NCBI GenBank assembly: GCA_963669175.1 | Contig: OY769902.1 | Span: forward strand, 2,880,001-2,944,000 | Direction of reading: 5' to 3' | Source: a bacterium | Lineage (GTDB): Bacteria; Electryoneota; Electryoneia; Electryoneales; Electryoneaceae | Length of the DNA stretch: 64,000 nucleotides | In this document: positions 38,431 through 48,748 of the stretch, one piece after another | Position numbering within the stretch: position 1 is the first letter of the stretch | Layout of the letters: each line of letters begins with the position of its first letter | The notes under the pieces: model-generated | Database searches by the model: none | What the model was told of the DNA's origin: nothing | What the model saw: the letters and a program-made list of their open reading frames with translations, nothing else | Translations under genes and position numbers: made by a program

Positions 38431-41400
38431 CTATTTTATCAGCACCATTCGCTTCAGGTCGGTGAATGGGCCTGCTTGCAGACGGTAGAAGTACATGCCG
38501 CTGGCCAGCCTGGTTGCATCAAAAGTAACGGCATGGAAACCGGCTTCCATACGATGATTGACCAGTTCCATGACTTCCTGCCCCATCACGTTGTAAACTG
38601 TCAGCCTGACATCCTGCGCTTTTACCAGGTCAAACTTGATCTGGGTCGCCGGATTGAACGGGTTCGGGAAGTTCTGGTGCAGCGCGTACTTTGTGGGCAG
38701 GTCAGACGTTTCTTCATCAGCTCCGTAGTAGAAGATGATGGCAACATCGACAACAGGCGGATTGGCCCAGTGTGGACCACCAAAAACCAGCTCTGCGTTG
38801 ATCTCATCACCGGGTTCCAAATCAACCGTATCACCCTTGGTTTGCAGATCAACCGTGATCGTCAGGGTGGTGGATTCACCCGGTTCAAGGAGGCCGGTAT
38901 TGGGCTCGACAAAGAGCCACTCAAGCGGCATGACCGGACCTTCCCAGATGTTGATGTAGTCTGGCTCACCCTGCAGCACACTGGTGATGTCGTAACGAGC
39001 ATGGTGGAACCCCGGGTTGATCTCGAAACCGGCGGAAGAACCGTACTCCGGCAGGTAGAGTTCATGCAGGTTCATTTCCCAGGCCATCTCATCCATGCTG
39101 AACCGGTGTATATAACCGCCTTCGCCATCTTCGTTCTGCGCTAAAGCGTAGATGGTATAGCCTTCGATGTCGAATGGGTTATACGCCAGTCCCAGGAGCC
39201 CGCCGATTCCTTCCGGCATGGGCAGCCCGGAAGAGGCGCCGGAATTAATGTCGTAAAGTGCAAATATCGACTCACCGTCTGACAGGAAAATGTAGCCGGA
39301 ATCATAGTCATAGGCCATTGCACGGCCATAGACGCCAACATTGCCAATCCACTGGTGTGTTGTCAGATCTCGCGAGAAGCGGAAAATGTCACCATCTTCG
39401 TTACAGCCGAACAGTTCTGTGGTTTCAGGGTCATAGGCCATATCCATAATGGCTGATGTGCTGTTGCCCAGCATATCATCAGGATAGGTTCGTGCGGCAA
39501 TCGGTGAACCGTCATGGCTGAACTGGTAGAGGAAATTATCGCCCACATCCTCTGACAGCGCCACGGCTGACACATAGATCCCGTCATCAAGGGTCACTGC
39601 GCCCATGATCCCATCATTCTCGGTTAATGATCCTGCATCGAAGGCAAGCAATGGATCAAACAGTTCATCCAGTTCGCCGCTGACCTGGACTTGCGGTCCA
39701 CGGTTCTGAGCTTTAATGCACAGGTTTGGCCCGGTAAAGGTCGTCCGTTTGGTCATCATCCTTCCGGTGCGTTGAACAACCGGGCTGGCATTCGTTATCC
39801 GTGGTTTACTGGTCTTTTTGTTCGCGTGGAATACAGCATTGTCAACAACCCAGAGATAGGCGCCATATTGCAATGGTCCTGATCCGTTGCTTTCAAGATC
39901 AATATCTGCGAAGCCCGTGGAATCACCTACCATACTATCAATGTCGACCAGAATCTCCAGCGATGTATTGGAGATTTCACCGTCGGGGAAGGACATGGGA
40001 TGGCCGGACTCGTTGGTGAAGTTCACGCTGAGGGTGTCGAACGGCAACAGGGTAACTTCGTAATCTTCATCCCAGTAGTAGATGTATTCGCAACGGATGG
40101 TATTGGTAACCAGTGTATCCGCTGGGATGTTGATCAGGCAATAATACCCGTTGGCGTCTGTATAGGTTTGCATTTCAGGATATTCCAGTACGGAGACCAG
40201 CGCTCCTTCCATGGGCTGATCTTCTGTATCAAACACAAACCCTTCGATCGCCCCACGTGAATCAGGCATGACACCCCAAATCTCCATATTGTCAATGGCA
40301 GCGCCATAATAACCATTGGCGCTTGTATCAGTGCCATGGCGGAATTTCAGGTGGATAGAATCTGCTTCCGCGTATTGCGTCAGATCGAATTCCACACGCT
40401 GCCATCCTCCAGAAGACTGGGTGAAACCTGGCGTGTTGTCCAGGCCTACAACGGTGGCATCGGGATAACCACCAATTGGTGCAATAATGGTCCAGGTGTC
40501 TCCATTGTCAGTCGATATCTGGACATTGTAGCCATCGTACCCGCTCTCATAGGCAATCCAGTGATAATATCCGAGCATGAGATTCTCGCTGATAGGCTCC
40601 CATCCATGGAGGCTTATCATCGAACCGTCATCACTATTCTGGTAATCCGATTCAAGGTAGGTAGCCCACACATAATCCCCTTCATAAGCTTCACCCGGGC
40701 CTGTTGTCGGTTCGCCACATTCCCAGATTGATTCAGGCTCGAAGGTGATATCTTCTTCGGGCACAGCATCCGGTTCAAACCCGCTGAAGAATGGGGGATT
40801 ACCTATCCTGGTGCTTACAGTAAGCACGGAGTCGGATTTATTCATCACTTCGTCAAAAGCAATGATGGCATAAGTATAGTAAGCCGGTTCTATAACACTT
40901 TCATCCCAGGTGGTGGTCTCTGCATCCAGAGTATCCAGAAAGGTAGTGCCACGATACAGAACATAGCCTGCGAGATCGACGCACGGTGAACCGTCAGCGT
41001 TTGTTGTTGGCGCATCCCAGGTAATCGTTGCTGTCTGCGTCAGGTGATCAATGTCAGTCACTTCAAAATCAGAAACACCGGAGGGCGCCATGTTAAATAC
41101 AGCAGTGACAGTCTGGCTTGGATTGGATTCAAATTCAACACCTTCGCTGTCAACCCAGGCTGTAGCGAAAATCATGATATCGCTGTTTTCCAGGTCAGAT
41201 CCAAGATCGAGGAAAAAAGCATCTACCTCAATAGGATCCTCGTTTGCCTGGGAATAGTTTTCGCCTCCATCTGTTGAATACCAGATGTAGTATCCAAGGA
41301 ATTCATCCAGCTCGTTGCGGTTAATGATTCCCTGGCTCCAACCTTGGCGAATTGGCGCTTTGGGGGTATTCAGCGCTGCAACATGACCGTAAAACGGCGA

Positions 41401-44400
41401 CTGATGCGTAGCTGCAACCGGACGCACATCAGAACGCGAGAAATCAGCATTCATACCTGGCGTGAAAGTGTAATCCTGATTTATCTGACCTTCAGAATAA
41501 ACACTTACACGGACCAGCGGATCACCGGTATTTTCAACATGTCGCCATGTATTGTCATCCGTGGAATAGTGGAGAAGCCCCTCATACGCGGCGTCTGCAT
41601 CAACACAGACAGCCTCCCGGCCGCCGCTCTGGGAAAGCCCGGCCCAGAACCTGCCTTCAACTGGTGTGGCTGGATTAACAAGGACCAGCCCATTTTCCGG
41701 TGTCACGATATTTTCGTACAGCAGCGATCCTGGCTGACCATTCTTGTCTGCAAAGATTTTTACTGTGACAGGGTCTGCCGTTGCATCCGGCCACGCGCCC
41801 CATACGCTTGACGGATCTGCTACCTGCCATTCAAGCTGGGCGACAATACCTTCCGAAGAGACCTCAAAGGGGACGGCCCAAGTGACATCTTCTCCTGCGG
41901 CGGGAAGGGTCCAGGCATCAGCCGCGATCCCATCATCGTACTGCATGGCCAGCATGTTGTCGTAGCTGCCGGGAACACCCAGAGCCAGGCCAACGCCATC
42001 ATCATAGTCCCCATCCCAACTGATCAATCTTGGGGCAGTGCGACAGCTAACAGGTGTAAGAACAAAATCGGTCTCTATCTCAAATTCACCTTCTTCCCAT
42101 TGGACATCTTCAACTGAACCTTGCTCGTAACCGTTGGCTTGGCAGAGCAGTGTGTAGGGAGCATTGGCCGTATTGGCCAGCAGGATTTCGTAGTAACCTT
42201 CTTCGTTACTGATGCCAAATGCAGCGGGATCTTCCTGGATGAATACATAAGCATCTGCAACGGGGTTGCCATCAATATCTTCAACCCATCCGATGACATT
42301 GCCATATTCTTCTACATAACGTAGCTGGTAGGTCGTTTCATTGGTAATATCAGCCATGGCGAAAGTCGTTCCGACAGTCCCATCCTGATTCTCAACGCCT
42401 GCGATAGCTCCTGCACGATTATAATAGACCCAGTCATCCGCTTCTTCGTAATTGAAGTAGATGACGTCCGTATCACAATCCAGTACAACCTCATAGCTGT
42501 ATCGGTAACCCGTATTGCCTGAATAGGGCCGTAACAGGAATTGGATAATGATCTGGTTTTCATCTTCGTCCACATAATACCAGATACCAACCCCATCGCC
42601 TGCTTCACCGCCATGGTAGTCGCCGTTTAACGGAACGATAGTTGCGTTTGGATTGCTGGTTGCAGGGAGCGTAACACCAATGTTATTGCTGGTGAAATCG
42701 ATAAAACTCATCCAGCCATTGGTACAGGCGGCAAAACTGGAATACTCGGTGCCGTAGAAATTGAATGACAACGGATCTACGCTGATTTCTCCCGAATTGG
42801 AATCATCACCTGCATCGATGGCAACAGAACCTTCGCCGCCATTATTCGGGTTGATCTCGATCCAGTCGTAATCAATCTCCGTCAGGATGTAACCGCCAGG
42901 GGGAAGGGGGCGTACATCAACCGGGTCCGAAAAGACAAGATAGTCTTCGCCGTAACCGTAGTCCGCAGCAACAGCTACCTGGTACAGATGACCGTTGTCC
43001 AGGCCTGGCAGGGTATAACTGTTCCCGGTTATCAGGAGATCAGCCTGGTATTCCCCATCAAGGCTGATGCGATAGCCGAGAATAGTTTCGATTTCGTCCA
43101 GCTCGTCGGGGTGGTCTGCGAGTGTCCTGTTTTCTTCTCTTTCAAGGAGGTTTTCCAGTGAATGCAAACGCTGTATAACTTCAGGCAGTTTTGCCAATTC
43201 CTGGGGAACAGCGCGCCGTTGAATATCTGCGATAGAAGCATAGTAGTTGTTGATCTCCTCTCGAAGCGCAAGGAGGTTTACTTCCTGGGGAGTGTTGCTG
43301 GGCGCTTCCCAGGAAAGTTCAGCCAAACCATTACCACCGGAAGCGTTAAAAGCCGAAGGAGGGTAGACTTCATGTAGTGTCCATTCTACTTCCAACCCCT
43401 CAACACCCAGATCTACCTCATAGAGATACCGGTCGTGGTATCCTTCCGAACCTGCTGGATCGTGGCTGATGTATACATTATAAAGTCCGACAATCTGTTC
43501 GCCCAGGTCAAACTCGCCGTTGACGTCGGTCGTTGTTGAAACGCCAATCTCATAGAGTGAAATGGTTGCGTCTGCGACAGGCGTGTTTGGGGTGTCGGCA
43601 GAGTACAATGTTCCGGAGAAGAAACCTGTAGTGGTTTCCACATCCATCTCAAAATCGATGACATAGGTGCTGTCTTCCACGACGATGACAGATTCTACCA
43701 TTTCAGGCGAATAGCCGGAACGCCATACAACGACATCGAATGTGTCCTCAACACCGAGAGTAAGCGAGTAATAGCCATTCGTGTCAGTAACTGCTTCATC
43801 GAACAGGATTTCCGTATCTTCATAATAAAGAAGCACATGCGCATCGTCGAGTGAATCACCATTAACGCTTTCTGTTACCGTTCCAGTAATATATGCATCC
43901 TGGAATGAATAGAATTTTATTGCCAATCCGCCATATGGGTAATTTGCAGGATCATTGTTAAAAGAGGCTGTCAACCCAATGCTGCCATCTTCATTCTCTA
44001 TGCCTACCGTTTCACTATCGAAAGAGCCAGCAACACCGGTATAGTCTTCATGATACTGCAAGATGATATTGCCGTTAGGATAGAGGATCGCCTCATATTT
44101 CTGGTCAACCTGGATTACAAAACGACCATCATCGAGTAATTCATAGTACATGTAAGTTGACCAGTCAACGATATGATCATCCCAGTTAATTGCAATCATA
44201 TTATCAGGCGCTATTCCATCAGGCAGTTCGCTGTTGGTCCATTCGACTTCTTCATTGTCGAAGGAGAACCAACCATGGGCGCAGAACCAGAACTGGTCAT
44301 ACTCAATACTATAGAATGAGAAGTCAAAATCAAGGTCGTAAGGCCCCTGAACAACATCAGCTTGCCAGCCATCAGTTTCAGTTCCTGTTTCACTGATGTC

Positions 44401-44706
44401 GATCCAGTCGTATTCAGGCCCGTTATCTTCCTGTGAATCAATAAATTCGTAACCGAATTCGTCCGGACCACCCATCTCATCAAGCTCGTTTCCTGAACCT
44501 CCAAGAATACTCGCTCCGCGCAGGAGTACCAGTTGCGCTTCTGTTAACGCTTCAATGCCTTCCGTTTCCAGAATGAGTGTTGCTTCATCCAGTTGACGGT
44601 AAAATTCCTGGCGTTCAGGGGACAGGCTGGCGGGATCAGTTGCAGCAAAAGCAACTGAAACACCAAGCAGAAGGGAAACAACCAGGATTAATCGGTGTAC
44701 TCTCAT
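38431..44706 (-). CDS. 2091-aa secreted multidomain protein (carboxypeptidase-regulatory-like and FN3-like repeats, jelly-roll module, propeller-like region, T9SS/Por-type CTD)
   Basis: Signal peptide; GGPDEFGY..IDS; repeated TD.NGYY; H....ESGYDG; C-terminal QNFPNPFNP...YNVMGQ...LASGMYFYRL. Confidence 0.9.
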   Translation of the reverse strand: MRVHRLILVVSLLLGVSVAFAATDPASLSPERQEFYRQLDEATLILETEGIEALTEAQLVLLRGASILGGSGNELDEMGGPDEFGYEFIDSQEDNGPEYDWIDISETGTETDGWQADVVQGPYDLDFDFSFYSIEYDQFWFCAHGWFSFDNEEVEWTNSELPDGIAPDNMIAINWDDHIVDWSTYMYYELLDDGRFVIQVDQKYEAILYPNGNIILQYHEDYTGVAGSFDSETVGIENEDGSIGLTASFNNDPANYPYGGLAIKFYSFQDAYITGTVTESVNGDSLDDAHVLLYYEDTEILFDEAVTDTNGYYSLTLGVEDTFDVVVWRSGYSPEMVESVIVVEDSTYVIDFEMDVETTTGFFSGTLYSADTPNTPVADATISLYEIGVSTTTDVNGEFDLGEQIVGLYNVYISHDPAGSEGYHDRYLYEVDLGVEGLEVEWTLHEVYPPSAFNASGGNGLAELSWEAPSNTPQEVNLLALREEINNYYASIADIQRRAVPQELAKLPEVIQRLHSLENLLEREENRTLADHPDELDEIETILGYRISLDGEYQADLLITGNSYTLPGLDNGHLYQVAVAADYGYGEDYLVFSDPVDVRPLPPGGYILTEIDYDWIEINPNNGGEGSVAIDAGDDSNSGEISVDPLSFNFYGTEYSSFAACTNGWMSFIDFTSNNIGVTLPATSNPNATIVPLNGDYHGGEAGDGVGIWYYVDEDENQIIIQFLLRPYSGNTGYRYSYEVVLDCDTDVIYFNYEEADDWVYYNRAGAIAGVENQDGTVGTTFAMADITNETTYQLRYVEEYGNVIGWVEDIDGNPVADAYVFIQEDPAAFGISNEEGYYEILLANTANAPYTLLCQANGYEQGSVEDVQWEEGEFEIETDFVLTPVSCRTAPRLISWDGDYDDGVGLALGVPGSYDNMLAMQYDDGIAADAWTLPAAGEDVTWAVPFEVSSEGIVAQLEWQVADPSSVWGAWPDATADPVTVKIFADKNGQPGSLLYENIVTPENGLVLVNPATPVEGRFWAGLSQSGGREAVCVDADAAYEGLLHYSTDDNTWRHVENTGDPLVRVSVYSEGQINQDYTFTPGMNADFSRSDVRPVAATHQSPFYGHVAALNTPKAPIRQGWSQGIINRNELDEFLGYYIWYSTDGGENYSQANEDPIEVDAFFLDLGSDLENSDIMIFATAWVDSEGVEFESNPSQTVTAVFNMAPSGVSDFEVTDIDHLTQTATITWDAPTTNADGSPCVDLAGYVLYRGTTFLDTLDAETTTWDESVIEPAYYTYAIIAFDEVMNKSDSVLTVSTRIGNPPFFSGFEPDAVPEEDITFEPESIWECGEPTTGPGEAYEGDYVWATYLESDYQNSDDGSMISLHGWEPISENLMLGYYHWIAYESGYDGYNVQISTDNGDTWTIIAPIGGYPDATVVGLDNTPGFTQSSGGWQRVEFDLTQYAEADSIHLKFRHGTDTSANGYYGAAIDNMEIWGVMPDSRGAIEGFVFDTEDQPMEGALVSVLEYPEMQTYTDANGYYCLINIPADTLVTNTIRCEYIYYWDEDYEVTLLPFDTLSVNFTNESGHPMSFPDGEISNTSLEILVDIDSMVGDSTGFADIDLESNGSGPLQYGAYLWVVDNAVFHANKKTSKPRITNASPVVQRTGRMMTKRTTFTGPNLCIKAQNRGPQVQVSGELDELFDPLLAFDAGSLTENDGIMGAVTLDDGIYVSAVALSEDVGDNFLYQFSHDGSPIAARTYPDDMLGNSTSAIMDMAYDPETTELFGCNEDGDIFRFSRDLTTHQWIGNVGVYGRAMAYDYDSGYIFLSDGESIFALYDINSGASSGLPMPEGIGGLLGLAYNPFDIEGYTIYALAQNEDGEGGYIHRFSMDEMAWEMNLHELYLPEYGSSAGFEINPGFHHARYDITSVLQGEPDYINIWEGPVMPLEWLFVEPNTGLLEPGESTTLTITVDLQTKGDTVDLEPGDEINAELVFGGPHWANPPVVDVAIIFYYGADEETSDLPTKYALHQNFPNPFNPATQIKFDLVKAQDVRLTVYNVMGQEVMELVNHRMEAGFHAVTFDATRLASGMYFYRLQAGPFTDLKRMVLIK

Positions 44707-44884
44707 CGCATGCCTCCACTTGCTGGTATCTGGAATTTCTTTTTAGCGCAAGACTGAGACGATTGCACTGGTGGCAGGCGCAAATTAGTGCAGGCAATCA
44801 AGTGGTAATATCTTAAACTGCATACTTTATAGGCATTGGTCAAGTCCTTTCTGCAAACCAAAATGTTTTTTTCTTGAAAAGGAG

Positions 44885-47059
44885 TTATCTCAGGAGTATC
44901 AGGGATAATGAAATGATTCCTGCAAGGAAGGTTGGCCAGGATAATCCGAGCAATGGGATAATCAGTACTGTTATTATTGTGGCGCCAAGAAGCCCCCCAA
45001 GAAGATCAGAAGCGTAAAGAGGTGATATGGTCGTTATTGGTTTATCGTGCTTTTTTCTTCCGGCAAGGCTGAAAAGACCGCCTGATAGAAATCCGGCAAT
45101 ACCTTGAGCGAGGTACCAGGAAAAGGCCGGGAAATGCTGATCGTGGGTTAAAGCGAAGGCTAAACTGACGCAAAGCAGCGCAAGTGTAACGGGTAAACCA
45201 TAGCTGATAATTCTATTGCCAAGACGATCCTCATACTTGCTGATTACCCAGGCGCCTGCGCTCAGGCCGATCATATATGCTGTCAGTAACAATCCAATTC
45301 TGCCGAACAGGATACCATACTTCACCTGGTAATGAATCAAAATCACCGTCTCGAGGGTCATGCCGATAAAACCGGAAGCGAAGGCCAGGACAATCCCGGA
45401 AGCCAGAGACGGGAGATAGCGCTTTATCACGAGATTGATCACGCAAGCCAGAAGCAGAATGAAGAACAACGCCAGGAAACTCTGTCTCGGTGATAGATTT
45501 TCCAGGTAAAAAGTTCCCAGTTTTGGCAAGAACCTTGAGAACCAGTTTTGCAACGTAAACCCATACGCAGAGGGATGAAGATCCGTGTTGGGCTTGACCT
45601 TTTTCGTTTCCAGTCGCTGCCCGAATTGTCTATTGCGCTCATTTGTTATCCTGTATTCTAAGTAGGGAGAAGTAACCAAACTGGTTGACAGTTGGGCATC
45701 AACAAAGCGCTGAATCATGGTGGCTTTATCCGGGAATGGCGAATTCATTTTCCCCATATACAAATCTGTCTGCCCGGCCAGAACCCGTGTGTTTGTGAAG
45801 GCATTTTGCATTGCGGAATAGATACTGCTGTTCTGTTGTTCGATTGCTGGCGTCCAGTAATTCTCTGCGGATGGCATTCCAAAGGCAAAGACCCCGTTGC
45901 TGGATAGATTTTTCGCAACCAGTGCAAAAAAATCTTCCGTATAGTAGCGATTATTCTGAAGCGAAGAGGGGGGTGGCATACCACATACAATCAAATCGAA
46001 AGGCAACTCACGTCTACGCAGGAAATCACGGGCATCACAGAAATAGGTGTGTACACGAGGATCGGCCAACAGAATGCTGTCCTGCGAAGGAAAGGACATT
46101 CCCGACTGGCTGACCAGCATTTTGTCGATTTCAACGTAATTAACTCGATCTGGCTGATATTTCATTACTTCGCGCAATATTCCTGAAGAACCACCGCCCA
46201 GGATCAGAACATCATGAATGCTGTCGGTGCATGCCGCCGCAAGATGTACCAGGGGCTCGGTTTCTACACTCTCCGTATCGTAATGAAGAGCATTATTGAT
46301 GAAAACCACAGTTTGACCATATTCCCGGGTTGTCGCGATTCGACCGTATGGAGTATCGACGGTAGAAATAGTAAGAGTGGATGGATGTGCCCAGCTTTGT
46401 AATAACAGGTCCGTTTGAGAACTTATTCCGAAAGCAATAATAAGAAGGAGAAACCAAACGATCGAAAGCGGTTTTTTGCAACACCGAATACTTTTTAATC
46501 TCGGGGCCACGAGGATTGGCGGAACAAGCATGCAGATCAACGATTGAGAATAATTTGAGATGTGAAATGCCAACAGGATTGTTGAGGTGATTCCGCCCAG
46601 CGCACTGCCAAGACTTTCCCAGGCGTAAGCTTTCCCCAGATTTCCGCCAGCAGCAATGTATCTACCCGCTGCAAGACGGAAAAGGAAGCCCAGCAACAGG
46701 CCAGGTATGAACAAAGCCAGGATAATCAAGGCCAGTTGTTGCCCCAGTGGCAGGAATGCTCCTGACGTACCCCCGAACAGGATGTGAGAATACCGGGTGA
46801 AAATAAGTGTCCCCGGAATCATCGCCCCTGCAAGGACAAAGAGGGGGCGGAACAAGTGGGGTGAAAACGATTTTGAAAGTGCGGTGGATAATGCGCCGAT
46901 ACCATTCCAGAACATCCACGCCGCCAAACCGAGAAGATAGATCATTTCAACGCCAAAACCGGCAATCAGCAATTCACGCAGCAGCACAACCTGCCCTAGC
47001 AGGGCAAGAAAACCAGTAAAGATGAGCTCAATGATCCCGGTTCTTTGAGCGTTGTTCAT
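44885..47059 (-). CDS. Fused membrane/spermidine-synthase-like class I SAM-binding protein
   Basis: TM bundles flank LILGGGSSG, YVEID, DPRV...DAR and YYTEDFF. Confidence 0.82.
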   Translation of the reverse strand: MNNAQRTGIIELIFTGFLALLGQVVLLRELLIAGFGVEMIYLLGLAAWMFWNGIGALSTALSKSFSPHLFRPLFVLAGAMIPGTLIFTRYSHILFGGTSGAFLPLGQQLALIILALFIPGLLLGFLFRLAAGRYIAAGGNLGKAYAWESLGSALGGITSTILLAFHISNYSQSLICMLVPPILVAPRLKSIRCCKKPLSIVWFLLLIIAFGISSQTDLLLQSWAHPSTLTISTVDTPYGRIATTREYGQTVVFINNALHYDTESVETEPLVHLAAACTDSIHDVLILGGGSSGILREVMKYQPDRVNYVEIDKMLVSQSGMSFPSQDSILLADPRVHTYFCDARDFLRRRELPFDLIVCGMPPPSSLQNNRYYTEDFFALVAKNLSSNGVFAFGMPSAENYWTPAIEQQNSSIYSAMQNAFTNTRVLAGQTDLYMGKMNSPFPDKATMIQRFVDAQLSTSLVTSPYLEYRITNERNRQFGQRLETKKVKPNTDLHPSAYGFTLQNWFSRFLPKLGTFYLENLSPRQSFLALFFILLLACVINLVIKRYLPSLASGIVLAFASGFIGMTLETVILIHYQVKYGILFGRIGLLLTAYMIGLSAGAWVISKYEDRLGNRIISYGLPVTLALLCVSLAFALTHDQHFPAFSWYLAQGIAGFLSGGLFSLAGRKKHDKPITTISPLYASDLLGGLLGATIITVLIIPLLGLSWPTFLAGIISLSLILLR

Positions 47060-48606
47060 TGCCTGTTCCGGTCAATATCGGATTCGCTGAACACGATTGC
47101 CTGAAATGTGTAGAATTCCATTGTTTTGCTGGTGCGCCATGTGTTCTGGCTCAGGCCCGCTTTTCGGCAGAGGTGATCCAGCGTCTCGTCAACATTCCAT
47201 CCCTGTTCCGGAGCGACCTGGGGAAGGTAGACCGCAGATGAACGGCCATCGCGGATCAGAACACCATCACGTCCGATTACTATCGATTCCGGTCCCTCAA
47301 CCCTGGTGTAGGGTGTCAGCACAGAAATCTCGATCTCAATATCATCCAGTTCATCCTGCCTGAGTTGGGAAAACCTGCGGTCACTAAACGCTGCCTGTAG
47401 AGCCATGGTTGAAACCGTCTGAACCAGGGGCAGGTCTTCCGCCATATGACCAATACAGCCACGCAACTGGTGGTTCTTGTTCAGGGTGACAAACGCTCCC
47501 TGCAGACGGTTTAATTCCGGATTATTGCTTCGAGGCAGGGGATAGGTATCAGATTGAAAAACCTGTTCCAGGGTGGTTCTGGCTAATTGCAGAAGCTCTT
47601 TTTTCCCGTCTTCTGAAAGCGATTGCGGATCAGTTTCAGTATGCGCTTTTTCGTATGAATCTTTCCAGTTTATACCCGGATCATCGTTGAAGAATCCCAC
47701 CGCCATGTAGCCGACAACACGATTATGATCCCCAACAGCAGCATCACCGGAATTGGCGTAACTGATCGGCACAGCATGTTTTGCGCCCAGTGCTTTAGAT
47801 GCGATCATCGTAGCCAGTATCGGTCCTTCACCACAGGCGCAAGTGGACAGAGCCGGCAAGCCAAGCCGCATCTGGTTACGGATGGTTTCTCTGACTTTTT
47901 CCGGGGAGAAGGTCGCTACAGCTTCCATCAGGCCATGATCTACACGCAGGGCATCTTCATAGTTCGGGTAATGAGAAAGGTCTGTCGAAGCGACCAGCAG
48001 AGGCTTTCTATCTTTCAGAGTTGTTACAAGCGCTTCGCCGAAATCACGGCATAAATCCCAATCGGGGCCACTGATCACCACGGGAAGGATGGGAGTATCC
48101 GGGAAGAGTGCCTGGATAAACGGCAGCTCGACCTCAATACTGTGTTCATCCGTATGAAGCGTCGCATCCAGCTTGAAGCGTTCATCGGCTTCGGACAGGT
48201 CTGTAGCCAGTTGCCGATCAACCGGAGCGATTCCCAGGGGAGTCTCAAAACCGCTGCCATTATAAATGGAAACACCACGAAAAGAACCGCTGGTATGGTT
48301 TGTTCCCAAGATGACAATGATGTCGTAGTCATGCTCGGCAGCCTGTTTGAACGCATCGGCAGCAATCTGGGCGGAATACACATAACCGGCATGCGGGACG
48401 ATAATCCCGACAGGTGTCGAGCCTGAAGCGGGCAGAGCATGCTCAAGATAGCTCCGTACCGCCGACTCAAGTTTGTCCTTTTCCGCAGGATAAAACTGAC
48501 CGGCGCGAACAGGTTGACGGATTGAACCGGAATAGGATGTTCCTGTCTGTGCCTGACACCCCGTTACCAGGAACAGGATTGTGAGAAGTACGGTTAGACG
48601 TTTCAT
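47056..48606 (-). CDS. amrB: AmmeMemoRadiSam protein B (Memo) - protein A (AMMECR1) fusion
   Basis: Memo motifs AGQFYP, PHAGYVYS, EHSIEVELPF, STDLSHY, CG.GP and VVGY. AMMECR1 motifs GAFVTL...LRGCIG and EISVL. Lipobox-like VTGC. Confidence 0.9.
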   Translation of the reverse strand: MKRLTVLLTILFLVTGCQAQTGTSYSGSIRQPVRAGQFYPAEKDKLESAVRSYLEHALPASGSTPVGIIVPHAGYVYSAQIAADAFKQAAEHDYDIIVILGTNHTSGSFRGVSIYNGSGFETPLGIAPVDRQLATDLSEADERFKLDATLHTDEHSIEVELPFIQALFPDTPILPVVISGPDWDLCRDFGEALVTTLKDRKPLLVASTDLSHYPNYEDALRVDHGLMEAVATFSPEKVRETIRNQMRLGLPALSTCACGEGPILATMIASKALGAKHAVPISYANSGDAAVGDHNRVVGYMAVGFFNDDPGINWKDSYEKAHTETDPQSLSEDGKKELLQLARTTLEQVFQSDTYPLPRSNNPELNRLQGAFVTLNKNHQLRGCIGHMAEDLPLVQTVSTMALQAAFSDRRFSQLRQDELDDIEIEISVLTPYTRVEGPESIVIGRDGVLIRDGRSSAVYLPQVAPEQGWNVDETLDHLCRKAGLSQNTWRTSKTMEFYTFQAIVFSESDIDRNRQ

Positions 48607-48689
48607 GCCATCGCCTCCAATTGCCACGGGAGTGTAATGTAACTGAAGCGATGAAATACTTCAAATAATTGTGGATACTTGGATAAAAC

Positions 48690-48727
48690 AAAAGCAGGGA
48701 TCGATCCACGGCGGTCAATCCCTGCTG
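48690..48727 (-). terminator. Terminator of the C10 peptidase gene
   Basis: AGCAGGGAT...ATCCCTGCT followed by TTTT on the minus strand. Confidence 0.7.
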
Positions 48728-48748
48728 AATAAAGCTATGTCTAGAAGA

